A DNA stretch of 64,000 bases. Source: a virus. Taxonomy: Duplodnaviria > Heunggongvirae > Uroviricota > Caudoviricetes. The notes beneath the pieces were generated by a model that had not been told where the DNA came from, ran no database searches, and was given only the letters and a program-made list of their open reading frames with translations. Shown here piece by piece: positions 49,025 through 63,928 of this stretch (within the stretch, counting starts at the first letter, position 1; each line of letters opens with the position of its first letter). Where the stretch lies: the IMG/VR virus record IMGVR_UViG_3300037225_000328, positions 45,793 through 109,792 of that record. One strand, given 5' to 3'. The position numbers were made by a program, and so were the translations under genes.

Positions 49025-49801
49025 TTACGCACTTGGGGATAGACGATCCTCAACTGTTGATGTTCTTGAAACCGTAGCCTCAACAACATTGCACTTACCA
49101 GTTACCGCAATCGTTGCATCCTTGAAATTAAATTCCAAAGTTTCATAACGAAATGCCGGTAGTGATGTGACTTCATGTTCCGCAGTTCCACAAGGTTGCT
49201 TATGGAAAACTTCAACGTCAACGGCATAAGGTCGGCATAGATCCGAGTCGGCACTTACCCATTCTTTCGCTCCGTTGATTTGTTTCAAAGCGTCAACGGG
49301 AGTTACCTCTTCGCTGGTGCCAGTTGTAACAAATTCATAGAGGAAATCAGTCTTGACATCCACTGGTTTTTCGTCCCCGAACTTGACTTCATCAAGTAAA
49401 CTTCTATCCAAAGTGTACTTGTAATCACGGTGTTCGGTGTAGGTTAAATTACCTTCACCGATGTGAATATCAAGTTGCTGTGGTAAGAAGGTTATTACAT
49501 CGTTTGCTAATGGAGCATTTGCACCCCAAGCAGGCGAAAAATTAATAGACGTGACAATGTTTGTATTATTAGTAATAGTACGTCCTGTCACGATATAAAC
49601 TGTTGTGTTGTTATTGGTGTTAACAGTAAATCTTGCACCAATTGGGACAAGTTCAGAATCTATTGCCCGCGTCATATTAACAGTATTAGCAGTAAATGAT
49701 ACATTTGTATCGTTTGCTGTACCATTTGCATTAACGGTGGCTGTACCTGCTGTCCCGTCTCGAAAGCGGATCGTACAATCTCGCAATTGAAGTTGGGCCA
49801 T
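49025..49801 (-). CDS. major tail (tube) protein
   Basis: 258 aa, Thr/Asn-rich and beta-rich. The gene order and the terminator immediately downstream suggest high expression. Confidence 0.45.
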   Translation of the reverse strand: MAQLQLRDCTIRFRDGTAGTATVNANGTANDTNVSFTANTVNMTRAIDSELVPIGARFTVNTNNNTTVYIVTGRTITNNTNIVTSINFSPAWGANAPLANDVITFLPQQLDIHIGEGNLTYTEHRDYKYTLDRSLLDEVKFGDEKPVDVKTDFLYEFVTTGTSEEVTPVDALKQINGAKEWVSADSDLCRPYAVDVEVFHKQPCGTAEHEVTSLPAFRYETLEFNFKDATIAVTGKCNVVEATVSRTSTVEDRLSPSA

Positions 49802-49814
49802 ATTGGACTCCTCT

Positions 49815-50327
49815 TTATCTGGTTGGGTTTAGTAGCATTTCAAACATACCATCCACTGCGGACTCACGGATAAGAGTATCAGATGTACCCATTCGACTAA
49901 TTTGTCCGAAATGAATTACTCTTACGCCTCCATCGCGTGTTTTTTTTACCCGTAGGCATTCTAAAAATGATCCATCATCTTCAGGATCTTGTCCATGACG
50001 ATAAATAGGTATTGGTTTATCCATAATCGCTTGGAAAGCACCCGCCCATTCTTGTAATCTATATGCATCATTATCATCACCTTGCATATAATCCACTAAT
50101 AAAATATTAATAGGCATTTGCACTTGATAAATTCCAGCACTGATTTCAAAAATAAACGGGCCATTTAATCTCAATTCAGCATGAGACGCTCTAAGATTTT
50201 CTGGTTGTCGGTCATCAATTCCTTCAACAATTAATGGTAATGATAAACTATTAGCAGTTGTCTTCATCAGATTTGCTGTTGAAGACCAAATCCATTTTCC
50301 CCAACGAGGTCGTTCATCTATTGCCAT
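49815..50327 (-). CDS. head-tail joining/tail completion protein
   Basis: Position in the morphogenesis module. Confidence 0.35.
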   Translation of the reverse strand: MAIDERPRWGKWIWSSTANLMKTTANSLSLPLIVEGIDDRQPENLRASHAELRLNGPFIFEISAGIYQVQMPINILLVDYMQGDDNDAYRLQEWAGAFQAIMDKPIPIYRHGQDPEDDGSFLECLRVKKTRDGGVRVIHFGQISRMGTSDTLIRESAVDGMFEMLLNPTR

Positions 50328-50977
50328 TAGTTTACTCCTACTGATTGATCTAACAATATATCCGTAATACTAGACCGTTGATATAAGTCATTTGAAAGTT
50401 CAACATTTTGGTCTAATGACATATTAGTTGTACTAAAGCCTAAGTCTATGTGACCTTCAGTAGTTGCCTCGGATGTTTGATTTAAAGCAAGGTTTGTTCG
50501 ACTTAATCTCTGATGGAGATAATGATAAGTATTTGGAACTTGTGGTTCGGCAAAAGTTTCTTTTCCAACCACATTCCATCCAGTATGGAATTCAAACTCC
50601 TCATAACTTTTTATTTCATACCGACGATTATTATAGAGAATAAAATCATCCTTACTGAAATTAAAATCTGAAGGTACATCCTGAGCATCAATAATAAATT
50701 GACGAGTTCCAGCATCATAACTTCCACCGTAAACCATCATCTTATTTGCGGCCACAATTGTAATTGAGGTAGCAATTTCCCTAGCAACTTTTACGGGTAA
50801 AATAATGCCACGGGGTATCCGAGTGATAGTATAAAATTTAGTCTTGATACCTGTATCATATACGGTTTCTGCGGATACCAATTTATAGACTGTAATTGGA
50901 CCACCAAACTGGCGTTTAAGCTGGTATAGTAGTAATCGAATTCGTCTGTTAAGATTGGGATTTACAGAAATTGGCAT
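50327..50977 (-). CDS. head-tail joining/structural protein
   Basis: Position in the module; ATGA coupling. Confidence 0.35.
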   Translation of the reverse strand: MPISVNPNLNRRIRLLLYQLKRQFGGPITVYKLVSAETVYDTGIKTKFYTITRIPRGIILPVKVAREIATSITIVAANKMMVYGGSYDAGTRQFIIDAQDVPSDFNFSKDDFILYNNRRYEIKSYEEFEFHTGWNVVGKETFAEPQVPNTYHYLHQRLSRTNLALNQTSEATTEGHIDLGFSTTNMSLDQNVELSNDLYQRSSITDILLDQSVGVN

Positions 50978-50979
50978 AA

Positions 50980-51303
50980 TTACTCCAGTGTTTCAGGTTG
51001 ATCGGGTATTACTTCCCACCGTGGACATTTACCACATACACGATCAATAATTCGTCCAATCCATTTTAAACACTCCGAATTATTTGTTAAACTCACTGTT
51101 GTTTTCTTTAGTAAATCAACTAAGGTATCACGTTGGTATTTTTCTAATTCTTCAACTCTAATGGTTAGTCGGTCTTCTCGACGCCAATCACGCCAGATAA
51201 AGAAAAGAATTATTCCGATCCACGGACCAAATTCTCTCAATAGCATCCAAAATGCATCCAATGTCATATCCGTATCCTCCTTAGTTTGAGAAGAACCCAG
51301 CAA
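50980..51303 (-). CDS. small membrane-associated protein
   Basis: The probable true start is ATG 51267, with SD aaggagga 5 nt upstream. The track start at 51303 is TTG and lies inside the terminator hairpin. Confidence 0.4.
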   Translation of the reverse strand: MLGSSQTKEDTDMTLDAFWMLLREFGPWIGIILFFIWRDWRREDRLTIRVEELEKYQRDTLVDLLKKTTVSLTNNSECLKWIGRIIDRVCGKCPRWEVIPDQPETLE

Positions 51304-51323
51304 CCGCTTTTGCGGTTGCTGGG
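51296..51323 (-). terminator. rho-independent terminator-like hairpin after the major capsid gene
   Basis: cccagcaaccgc-tttt-gcggttgctggg (12-bp stem), followed on the minus strand by UUCUUCUC. Confidence 0.5.
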
Positions 51324-51339
51324 ATTAAATCAACTCAAA

Positions 51340-52794
51340 TTAGCCAAGTAAAACGCAACCAAGACGTGCATCTAGTAACGCAATACCGGCCAAGAGGTCC
51401 AATGTTACCACTGTACCTTGGGCAGCAATTTGGTACTGCATGGTGACACGCATGGCGATATCGTTGTAGTTAGCAACCTGTGACCGAACACCCATTGCGG
51501 TGTTTGGTAGGGCTAGCGGACGAGATACCAATGCGAGTGCGTCCTTGTGCATTGCCAAATTGAAGGTTCCAGCGGGACCTGGGAATGCTTTTTGAGCATT
51601 CGTAAGGGCTACTTCAAAGGGTCGATCAAGCCAAACAATCCACTGAGCGGCGTTGGTTGGATCAACATAACCTTCGATTATGGTGTAAAGCCGACGATTT
51701 GCACCTGGAGCGCCAAAAGCGATCAACTGACCAACCTTGGGAGCCTCATTCCAACTGCCAAGAGTAATTCCCTTGGAGTAGAGTGCTGCATAGTCACCAA
51801 CTACGGCACACTGTTTGTAAACTGTGACCGTAGAGGCGTTGGTAACAGCATACTTTAGAGGTGAGGCTGTACCATCGGTGTTGCCAAGGCTAACACCTGT
51901 GGTGTCGCCACCATTTAGAGTACGAGCAATTACCGTAGTCGGCTGCCCTTCGTCATCAAACACGGCGAATTCACCGACAGCGACATTATAACCAGTTATA
52001 GTAACAGCCATGTTACCAGTTGTACCGGCTGACTCAGCGCCGTTGGCAGTGCCATCGACATAATCTGAGGTAGCCTTAGTATTAGCTGGCATGTTCTGGT
52101 CCATGTAGGTATCAAAACCAAGAACACGACCTAGAGATGCTTCACGCAATGCTGCACCACCATCACCACGTTGATAAGCGGCAATGAATAGTTCAGTTTG
52201 CAACATAGCAGTTTCGGCTCCTGGAGCCAAAATCATGTTACGGCCTTGTGGATAAGCTAGATTCCGGTTTAACTGTTCACGGGCGTCAAGAATAGTATCC
52301 TTGGCGTTGGTGGAAGTTAATGCCTGAAGCTTGCCAGCTTTGTTGGCTAGGAACTTGTGAACATGGCCCAAAATGGCACGGTCAATACCACGGGCAATGC
52401 CTTGCATACCAGGTAGCAAGTAAATCTGGATCAAGTCTTGGAATGACTTGCTAGCTTCACCGTCCTTGATGGTAAAGCTGACATAGAAGTGTTGGTTCAA
52501 GGCCACCTGAACGTTTAGAGCGGTAGCATCCTGAAGAACGATGCTATCAGCATCTTCCTTCCGCTTGCTCTTAAATACGCCGGGCCGACGAGTATTTACC
52601 ACGTCGCCGAAGTTTGCAACTTCCATAGAAAAATCACGGTGAACTAAGCTTGCAGCCACCATGTTCTCTTCAAGGATTGCTAGACCTTCGTGTGCCCATA
52701 ATTCGGGAACGAAGGAATCAACACCGGTGCCACCAGTATCAAAGTTGTTGTCGTAACAAGCCAAAGCTGCTTGCATTTTGTAGAGATCGAACAT
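51340..52794 (-). CDS. major capsid protein (putative)
   Basis: 484 aa; sits between the scaffold-like coiled-coil gene and the terminator; size and composition fit a capsid protein. Confidence 0.5.
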   Translation of the reverse strand: MFDLYKMQAALACYDNNFDTGGTGVDSFVPELWAHEGLAILEENMVAASLVHRDFSMEVANFGDVVNTRRPGVFKSKRKEDADSIVLQDATALNVQVALNQHFYVSFTIKDGEASKSFQDLIQIYLLPGMQGIARGIDRAILGHVHKFLANKAGKLQALTSTNAKDTILDAREQLNRNLAYPQGRNMILAPGAETAMLQTELFIAAYQRGDGGAALREASLGRVLGFDTYMDQNMPANTKATSDYVDGTANGAESAGTTGNMAVTITGYNVAVGEFAVFDDEGQPTTVIARTLNGGDTTGVSLGNTDGTASPLKYAVTNASTVTVYKQCAVVGDYAALYSKGITLGSWNEAPKVGQLIAFGAPGANRRLYTIIEGYVDPTNAAQWIVWLDRPFEVALTNAQKAFPGPAGTFNLAMHKDALALVSRPLALPNTAMGVRSQVANYNDIAMRVTMQYQIAAQGTVVTLDLLAGIALLDARLGCVLLG

Positions 52795-52843
52795 TTTGTT
52801 TTCTCCATAATATAGTTAGGTTTTGTAATTACGAAACCTCACA

Positions 52844-53698
52844 TTATCGGGTTTTCTTCAAACCCAAAGCAGCGGGATTTTCTTTGCGTAGTTTAATGTA
52901 CTGTTCCGTAGTGAGTTTACGGGGATCAACACGCCCATCCGCACCCGGAGCTAAGCCCCCGGTAGCTGACCCGGATCCAAGGCCACTTACGACATTGGAA
53001 TTAAATAAATTACCGTACTGTTGGCCCAATTCCTTCATTCGACGAACTGCCTCTTCAGGAGTTCGACGAGTCATGATTGATGCTCCTGTATTGGTATCAA
53101 CATCAGGAAAATCAACCATTGGAACTAAGTCCCCAGTTGGTTGTCCATCGGCCAATTCTTCGACCATACGAGTCATAGGACGAAGTAGACCTACAATTTG
53201 ATTTGGATTGTAAGCATCGTTAGACATTGCAGCATCCAGTAAAGCGCGATCAGTCACAGAACTCTTGTATTTGGCTTCCCAAATTACTACTGATTCTTTC
53301 AACTTTTGAGTATCTTCTTGATATCTCTTTTCTAATGCTTTCTTATCCATTTCTAATTGCATTTCTTTTGATGAGAAACGCTTTTGAACATCATCTAACT
53401 GGTCCTGTAACTTGGCTTTTTGTTCGGTAGTTAGATTTTGATTTTCCAAAGCCTCCTTGTAAGCACCTTCTAGTGCTTCTAACTTTTCCTTATTTTTTCG
53501 GCGATCTTCAGCCATGTAACGATTAACGTCTTCTTGGGTGAATACCTTTGGGGCTCCACCAGCACTTCCACCAGCATTGCTGTTAGCATTGCCGCCAGTA
53601 TTGCTATCAAATAGATCGCCAGCATTTGGCCCTGCACCACTACCATCTGCGCCATCATAAGCAGCCAAAGTAACTGGGGCTAGGTAATTAATATTCAT
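52844..53698 (-). CDS. scaffolding protein
   Basis: Gly/Asn/Ala-rich N-terminus, then a long charged coiled coil (EKLEALEGAYKEALENQNLTTEQKAKLQDQLDDVQKRF), directly upstream of the capsid gene. Confidence 0.5.
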   Translation of the reverse strand: MNINYLAPVTLAAYDGADGSGAGPNAGDLFDSNTGGNANSNAGGSAGGAPKVFTQEDVNRYMAEDRRKNKEKLEALEGAYKEALENQNLTTEQKAKLQDQLDDVQKRFSSKEMQLEMDKKALEKRYQEDTQKLKESVVIWEAKYKSSVTDRALLDAAMSNDAYNPNQIVGLLRPMTRMVEELADGQPTGDLVPMVDFPDVDTNTGASIMTRRTPEEAVRRMKELGQQYGNLFNSNVVSGLGSGSATGGLAPGADGRVDPRKLTTEQYIKLRKENPAALGLKKTR

Positions 53699-53711
53699 GC
53701 GTTTCTCCTTA

Positions 53712-54230
53712 TTAAACCCTACTGGTTTTTACAGCTTTGCCATCTCGAATAAACGGCTTTAGAATTCTCCATGCCGTCGCACTCGGAATGCCAGCAACCA
53801 GATGTTCAATCGGTTGTTGGATACGATTGTAGGTGGTTCGTATGCCAGCATAACCTTGGCTTACAACAGCCAAGTTCTCTAACTCTACGTCAGGTTCAAC
53901 TCCATCTAATAATGCAAAAGCAATTTCGTAACATGCTCGTTTAATTTGATCGGGCACAACGGTATCGCTTCCACGCGGGAATTCCAATTCCTGTGAAACC
54001 TCAGCAGTGCGAATAGCAGCGGGGTTAACCTCTGATATATCTAATACACCACTGAGTAAGCTATCAACTGGATGTTTATAGCCTTTAAAGTTTAAATTGT
54101 CAATCGCATGGGTTGCTGCTAGCAATGCCTTAGTTTGATCTTCTGGGGATGAATTATCCCAAACAATTGAATGCAAACGTTCTGAAAAATAGGCATTTGC
54201 TTCAGCGAGTGTTGCATAGGCGGTTGACAT
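53712..54230 (-). CDS. head-tail connector/adaptor-like protein
   Basis: 172 aa; position and resemblance to gp6-type adaptors (AEANAYF...DQTKALLAATHAID). Confidence 0.35.
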   Translation of the reverse strand: MSTAYATLAEANAYFSERLHSIVWDNSSPEDQTKALLAATHAIDNLNFKGYKHPVDSLLSGVLDISEVNPAAIRTAEVSQELEFPRGSDTVVPDQIKRACYEIAFALLDGVEPDVELENLAVVSQGYAGIRTTYNRIQQPIEHLVAGIPSATAWRILKPFIRDGKAVKTSRV

Positions 54231-54241
54231 GGTAATATTCC

Positions 54242-54439
54242 TTACTTAACGGTATTATAGGTGTTTGTATCACCAGAAACATCGCCACCACGAGGGCCAA
54301 TGTCGCCTTCTTCTTTTTCCTCTGCGGGAGTTTCTCGAAGATTTTCTACTGGGGGCATCGCATAAGCTTCAAATCCTTCAAAGGGATTAGAACGTAATGC
54401 ACCCTCTGGTTTGTCCGCAGTAACAGTTCTCCAGTCCAT
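54242..54439 (-). CDS. small acidic protein
   Basis: 65-aa ORF. Confidence 0.3.
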   Translation of the reverse strand: MDWRTVTADKPEGALRSNPFEGFEAYAMPPVENLRETPAEEKEEGDIGPRGGDVSGDTNTYNTVK

Positions 54440-54454
54440 ATTTAATTCTCCTTG

Positions 54455-55081
54455 TTAATTTAAGTATTTGTAACCATCTGGAAACTTTCCAGATTTTTTC
54501 CAACGTTGGAATTTGTATTTAAGATTTCCTGGTTTGATACCCAAAGTCTTTTCAGCAAAGCATAGACTCTTATAAACAATATTATTAACCAATACTTTTC
54601 TAGGTTTATGGTATCCTGCTTGTTTTTTAAATTCTAACGAGCGTTTTTTACCTTTATTTGCTTGGCTAATTTTTTGTTTATGCTCTTCAGAAAACTTTTT
54701 TCCGAGATTTGATTTATTGCCTTTTGCAGCAAGACTCATTTTTTGTTTGGTTTCCGTAGAATGTTTTTTGCCTGCCCATGACGGAGGCACTCCACCCCCT
54801 TCATGAATATTATAACCATTAGGTTTTTGTGTATTATATTCTTTAATCTTTTCGATTTCAAGAAATTTAATAAAACTCTCATTTTCGTCTTGTCGAAGAA
54901 TCTCAAATATAAAGTTTTCTTTACCATATTTTTTAATGGCGTTGAAAACTAATATTGAACCATTGCCAGAAAAATGTTGATATTTACGTTTTTCTGGATC
55001 GGTTGTAATCCCAATATAGGATTTATTATTCAACAGATTAGTGAGTTTATACAAGTACCACATAAACTTATTATAAACCAA
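54455..55081 (-). CDS. GIY-YIG homing endonuclease
   Basis: WYLYKLTNLLNNKSYIGITTDPEKRKYQH GIY-YIG core, with a Lys-rich DNA-binding C-terminus (NUMOD-like). Confidence 0.7.
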   Translation of the reverse strand: MVYNKFMWYLYKLTNLLNNKSYIGITTDPEKRKYQHFSGNGSILVFNAIKKYGKENFIFEILRQDENESFIKFLEIEKIKEYNTQKPNGYNIHEGGGVPPSWAGKKHSTETKQKMSLAAKGNKSNLGKKFSEEHKQKISQANKGKKRSLEFKKQAGYHKPRKVLVNNIVYKSLCFAEKTLGIKPGNLKYKFQRWKKSGKFPDGYKYLN

Positions 55082-55317
55082 AAGATATAATATCTATCAG
55101 GCGACTGCGATGTAGTTAAAGGCTGTGCTTTTCTAACATCGGGATTTTCTTGCAAATCTCGCGGCGCGGGCTTGTCTTGCTCATAATCGCCTGTTTCAGC
55201 AGCATAATTTTCATCACTGTATGCTGAAAAGTTTTCAAAACCTGGCATAGCATCGCGTTCGCCTGATTCTTTATTCACCCCACTACGGTCTAAGGACACA
55301 AATCCTGGTTTATTCAT
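55030..55317 (-). CDS. small Pro/Gly-rich protein with KPGF/AMPGFE motifs (paralog C)
   Basis: ATG 55317 (MNKPGFVSLD...AMPGFENFS) lies 1 nt after the stop of the upstream paralog. Confidence 0.4.
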   Translation of the reverse strand: MNKPGFVSLDRSGVNKESGERDAMPGFENFSAYSDENYAAETGDYEQDKPAPRDLQENPDVRKAQPLTTSQSPDRYYIFWFIISLCGTCINSLIC

Positions 55318-55318
55318 T

Positions 55319-55603
55319 TTACTTTCCAATACTAGGTTGACTAGTTTTACTTGCAGGTGGGTATACACCCTGACCATAACCAGAACCACTGGTTGGCGCT
55401 GAGACAGATTTATAACTATTCAGCCCCTCGAAGCCTGGCATTGCGTCCTTGCTTGGTGCATCCACATTCCGTCCAAACCCTGGTTTAACAGATGCAGGTT
55501 TCGCCATAGATTGATTCTCTGTTTCTGGTGTGTGGGACCCACCTTTTGGCATTCGTTGAGGATCACTCCCCATTGGTTTTCCCATCATATCATCCATTAC
55601 CAC
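55319..55603 (-). CDS. small Pro/Gly-rich protein with KPGF/AMPGFE motifs (paralog B)
   Basis: ...AKPASVKPGFGRNVDAPSKDAMPGFEGLNSYKS... Confidence 0.4.
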   Translation of the reverse strand: MVMDDMMGKPMGSDPQRMPKGGSHTPETENQSMAKPASVKPGFGRNVDAPSKDAMPGFEGLNSYKSVSAPTSGSGYGQGVYPPASKTSQPSIGK

Positions 55604-55812
55604 ACCTTTGTCCTTCCACCCTTTTTTCCAATTTGTCCGGCCGTTTTGCCGACATTATCAACTACACCGCCAGTTCCATCGGGCTTGTCTTCTCCCTGTG
55701 GGTGAGTATCTGGCTCAACCCATTCGCCACTAGTAGACCGTGCTGGCCCTTTAACTGGTTCAGTGAACCGGGTTCCCATCTCTCCTACACCTTTTTCTCC
55801 GAATTTAGGCAT
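55597..55812 (-). CDS. small Gly/Lys-rich protein (paralog A, MPKFGE motif)
   Basis: 71-aa ORF upstream of paralogs B and C. Confidence 0.4.
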   Translation of the reverse strand: MPKFGEKGVGEMGTRFTEPVKGPARSTSGEWVEPDTHPQGEDKPDGTGGVVDNVGKTAGQIGKKGGRTKVW

Positions 55813-55839
55813 TGTTATGCTCCTTGTTAAAAAGTTAAA

Positions 55840-56346
55840 TTATTCTAATAAAAGTTTAAACCATCGAGGAATTCCATTTTCAATGGTTAATTCATAAGAA
55901 CCATCTTCAGTTGGTTGTGCTGGAACCCAAGCATTTACACCGCTAGCTCCTCTTACTCCAGCGTGTCCAGCGGCTCCTGTTGGCCCAGAGGCACCAGACG
56001 GGCCAACTGCTCCAGTAGCGCCTGTAGTCCCTTTAAGTCCGGTAGGACCTGAAGCACCAGATGCACCACTTGAGCCAACTGCTCCTGTAGCTCCAGCGAC
56101 TCCTGTAGCTCCAGCGGCTCCTGTAGCTCCAGCGGCTCCTGTAGCTCCTGTAGGTCCTAATGAAGGACCGATTGGTCCGGTAGGGCCAATTTTTGTTTTT
56201 ACATAAGTTTCAACTGATATTACTTCAGTAGATAATGCATCATAATCTGCTGAATCAGGTACTTGATCCTCTTGACGAGAGGCCCTATTAGTGCCATCAA
56301 GTCCATCCCAGACTTCACCGGGGAATACTGATGTTTGTTGTGACAT
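55840..56346 (-). CDS. collagen-like (G-X-Y) fibre protein, short paralog
   Basis: About 30 G-X-Y triplets. The N-terminal domain is shared with the other two collagen-like genes ([34 protein letters not shown]). Confidence 0.7.
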   Translation of the reverse strand: MSQQTSVFPGEVWDGLDGTNRASRQEDQVPDSADYDALSTEVISVETYVKTKIGPTGPIGPSLGPTGATGAAGATGAAGATGVAGATGAVGSSGASGASGPTGLKGTTGATGAVGPSGASGPTGAAGHAGVRGASGVNAWVPAQPTEDGSYELTIENGIPRWFKLLLE

Positions 56347-56355
56347 TGTAGTCTC

Positions 56356-56877
56356 CTATTCTGAAATCATGGGTTGCCAAGTAGCATTACCATTTTCAAC
56401 AACCAACTTGTAATGTGCGTCAGCCGATGGTTGCGAAGGAACCCAGGCAGAACCAGCGCCCGTGGGGCCGGCGGCTCCTGTGGCACCTGTAGGTCCTGTT
56501 GGACCGGAACCCGTAGCTCCAGTTGCACCTGTAGCCCCAGTTGCACCAGTTGGTCCTGATGGTCCCCCACCAGGTCCGACTGCACCAGTAGCTCCTACGG
56601 TTCCAGTAGCTCCATTGGCTCCGGTCGCCCCAGCTACTCCAGTAGCTCCGGTTGCTCCACTCACTCCTCCTGCGGGACCTGTAGGACCGGTGGCACCAGT
56701 AGCACCAGTTGCTCCGATTGGATTACTATTAAGATAAGTTTCTACTCCAATCGCTTCTGCGGATAATGCGTCATAATCTGCTGAATCAGGTACTTGATCC
56801 TCTTGACGAGAGGCCCGATTAGTACCCTCTATTCCATCCCAGACTGTACTGGGAAATCTTGCTGTTTGAGTTGCCAT
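56356..56877 (-). CDS. collagen-like (G-X-Y) fibre protein, short paralog
   Basis: (GATGPTG)n repeats; the same N-terminal domain. Confidence 0.7.
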   Translation of the reverse strand: MATQTARFPSTVWDGIEGTNRASRQEDQVPDSADYDALSAEAIGVETYLNSNPIGATGATGATGPTGPAGGVSGATGATGVAGATGANGATGTVGATGAVGPGGGPSGPTGATGATGATGATGSGPTGPTGATGAAGPTGAGSAWVPSQPSADAHYKLVVENGNATWQPMISE

Positions 56878-56901
56878 TCTTTTCTCCTATTTTGTTAAAG
56901 G

Positions 56902-62103
<5,202 letters not shown>

Positions 62104-62202
62104 TTATGCTGTATCTGTAACCCATGTGGCAATGCCACTATTTATTTGAAGTCGATAAAAGCCATTACTTACCGGGGGTGGTGGTAAACCCATAAATCAC
62201 CA

Positions 62203-62505
62203 TTAATGAATCTGTTCTTCACCATAATAAGTTATATTTAACACACCGTTAGCTGTTGCATCAATAAATTGGATGGCACCTAAATCACCATCATAATCAA
62301 GCGCTGAATTAACAGTTAAAAGCATTCCAACATTATTTGTTGGGGCTGTGCCATCATCGCGCCATCGAACGCTGCTCGTTTCAGCTTGTATCAAAGCGCT
62401 AAGCGCACTCCGTGGAGCTAAGCTAACAGCACTGGATAGATTGGTAATTTGTTGGTATCCCAGGGCTTTTCGATGCCCGTGAACGATGAATACTGGGAGA
62501 GCCAT
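62203..62505 (-). CDS. hypothetical protein
   Basis: 100-aa ORF upstream of the collagen-like genes. Confidence 0.4.
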   Translation of the reverse strand: MALPVFIVHGHRKALGYQQITNLSSAVSLAPRSALSALIQAETSSVRWRDDGTAPTNNVGMLLTVNSALDYDGDLGAIQFIDATANGVLNITYYGEEQIH

Positions 62506-62534
62506 GTTATATTTTCCTTTTTATTTAAATTTAC

Positions 62535-62562
62535 TTGACTTTTAAGTAATTTATGATATACT
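62535..62562 (+). promoter_or_regulatory. sigma70-like promoter TTGACT-N16-TATACT for the plus-strand HNH-AP2 gene
   Basis: -35 at 62535-62540 and -10 at 62557-62562. The SD aggag at 62568-62572 precedes the likely true ATG at 62580. Confidence 0.4.
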
Positions 62563-63071
62563 TAAATAGGAGATATTTTATGTGGATCTTATTAACAAAA
62601 GGCCAAAAAACCTGGGTGGATGATATTGATAGTGATTTAGCTAATTATAAGTGGTATTATCATATTAATCACAAAGGTGGTACTGGTTATGCTGCAAGAA
62701 TGATTGGAGGCCGAAAACATAAAAAAGTTCTCTTTATGCACAATGTTATTGCTGACCGAATGGGATTAATACATTCACGTAAAGATACAATTGATCATAG
62801 AGATCGGAATAAATTAAATAATTCGCGCTCAAATCTTCAAATATCCAACTCATCGCTTCAGGAAGTTAATAAAGGTTTAACAAAACAAAATTCCACAGGC
62901 TATAAAGGAGTTTCTTTTCATACAGGGACTCAAAAATATCGGGCAGTGATTACGGTTAATGGAAAACAGATTCATATCGGCGAATTTAAAACTCCACAAG
63001 AAGCTGCATTAGCATATAATCTTAAAGCTCTTGAAATTTGGGGTCTTCGGGCTTGGTTAAATCTTATTTAA
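62553..63071 (+). CDS. HNH-AP2 homing endonuclease-like protein (copy 4)
   Basis: ILLTKGQKTWVDDIDSDLANYKWYY...IDHRDRNKLNNSRSNLQISNSS...AP2 domain. The likely true start is 62580. Convergent, with a 4-nt overlap to the minus-strand structural gene. Confidence 0.65.
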   Translation: MIYLNRRYFMWILLTKGQKTWVDDIDSDLANYKWYYHINHKGGTGYAARMIGGRKHKKVLFMHNVIADRMGLIHSRKDTIDHRDRNKLNNSRSNLQISNSSLQEVNKGLTKQNSTGYKGVSFHTGTQKYRAVITVNGKQIHIGEFKTPQEAALAYNLKALEIWGLRAWLNLI

Positions 63072-63928
63072 ATCTTTTTTCCCTTGCCCCTTATAGGTTT
63101 TTTCTTATCTTCTGACAAAGTAGTATCTTGCGCTGCTATTTTCTCTTCGCTTGCTGCTTGTCGATTAATAGCAAGATCCTTCAGTCCTCGCGCTGCCGCC
63201 CACTGTGGATTGGGAGTATTGGGATCTATGGGACTTGCAACTTGAGTTTTATGATTCAACTCCCCTTTGTTGACAACTGCTTTATTAGCAGGATCTTGGG
63301 CAGGGGGGGTGGGTTTATCGGGTTCTTTTGGAGTCTTTTCAGGTTCTTTTGGAAGTTTCTCAGGCTCTTTTAAAGACTCTGGGGGGTTTTCTGGTGAAGT
63401 TTGTCCATTTTGTCCTTGTGCAGCCCCTCCAAATCCCTGTGTTTGAGCCTGTGCAATACGTTGAATTCGTTGTTGATGGTCATCTCTAGCTTTTAGATAT
63501 TCATCGTCATCAAATCCTAGTGCAATTGATGCTTGTTGCTCACCGACTAGTCCGTTGATTGAAGCTTGAATAATGACATTGGGATCACTGGTTGTATAAC
63601 TAGCAGAGTCAATTTCTTTAAAAACTTCTTGAAGTTTGTCTGTTGGAACTCGTGATCCAAGAAGAGTCAATACCAAGTCTTTTGCTAATTCTTTTTTAGC
63701 CTGGCGACCCGGAACGGTAGCTAAAAGTGCTGATAAATCCTTGGCTTCAGCAATTCTATCAAGATTTTTAGTTAAATTATAGCGATCTGGGTATTTAACA
63801 TGAGCAATTCTTCGCTTTTTTATGTTTTTTTCTTCATAACAAGCCCAATAATCAGCAATTCTTCGTTCCGCAATCTCCAAAACAAAGCCAATATGAGCCA
63901 ATCCGGCCTCTAACCCTTGTCCAACCAT
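63068..63928 (-). CDS. structural protein, C-terminal part (possibly portal); the ORF continues past the window end
   Basis: The frame stays open to position 64000. The C-terminus is low-complexity (PEKLPKEPEKTPKEPDKPTPP). The gene lies at the head end of the morphogenesis module. Confidence 0.3.
   Translation of the reverse strand: MVGQGLEAGLAHIGFVLEIAERRIADYWACYEEKNIKKRRIAHVKYPDRYNLTKNLDRIAEAKDLSALLATVPGRQAKKELAKDLVLTLLGSRVPTDKLQEVFKEIDSASYTTSDPNVIIQASINGLVGEQQASIALGFDDDEYLKARDDHQQRIQRIAQAQTQGFGGAAQGQNGQTSPENPPESLKEPEKLPKEPEKTPKEPDKPTPPAQDPANKAVVNKGELNHKTQVASPIDPNTPNPQWAAARGLKDLAINRQAASEEKIAAQDTTLSEDKKKPIRGKGKKI

Noticed and set aside
50980-51303. Track start of the 107-aa ORF at 51303
   Set aside because: The codon is TTG and lies inside the terminator hairpin. 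The ATG at 51267 with a strong SD is preferred. Several other track ORFs (48977, 55389, 55603, 18990) likewise begin at non-ATG codons upstream of better ATG starts.
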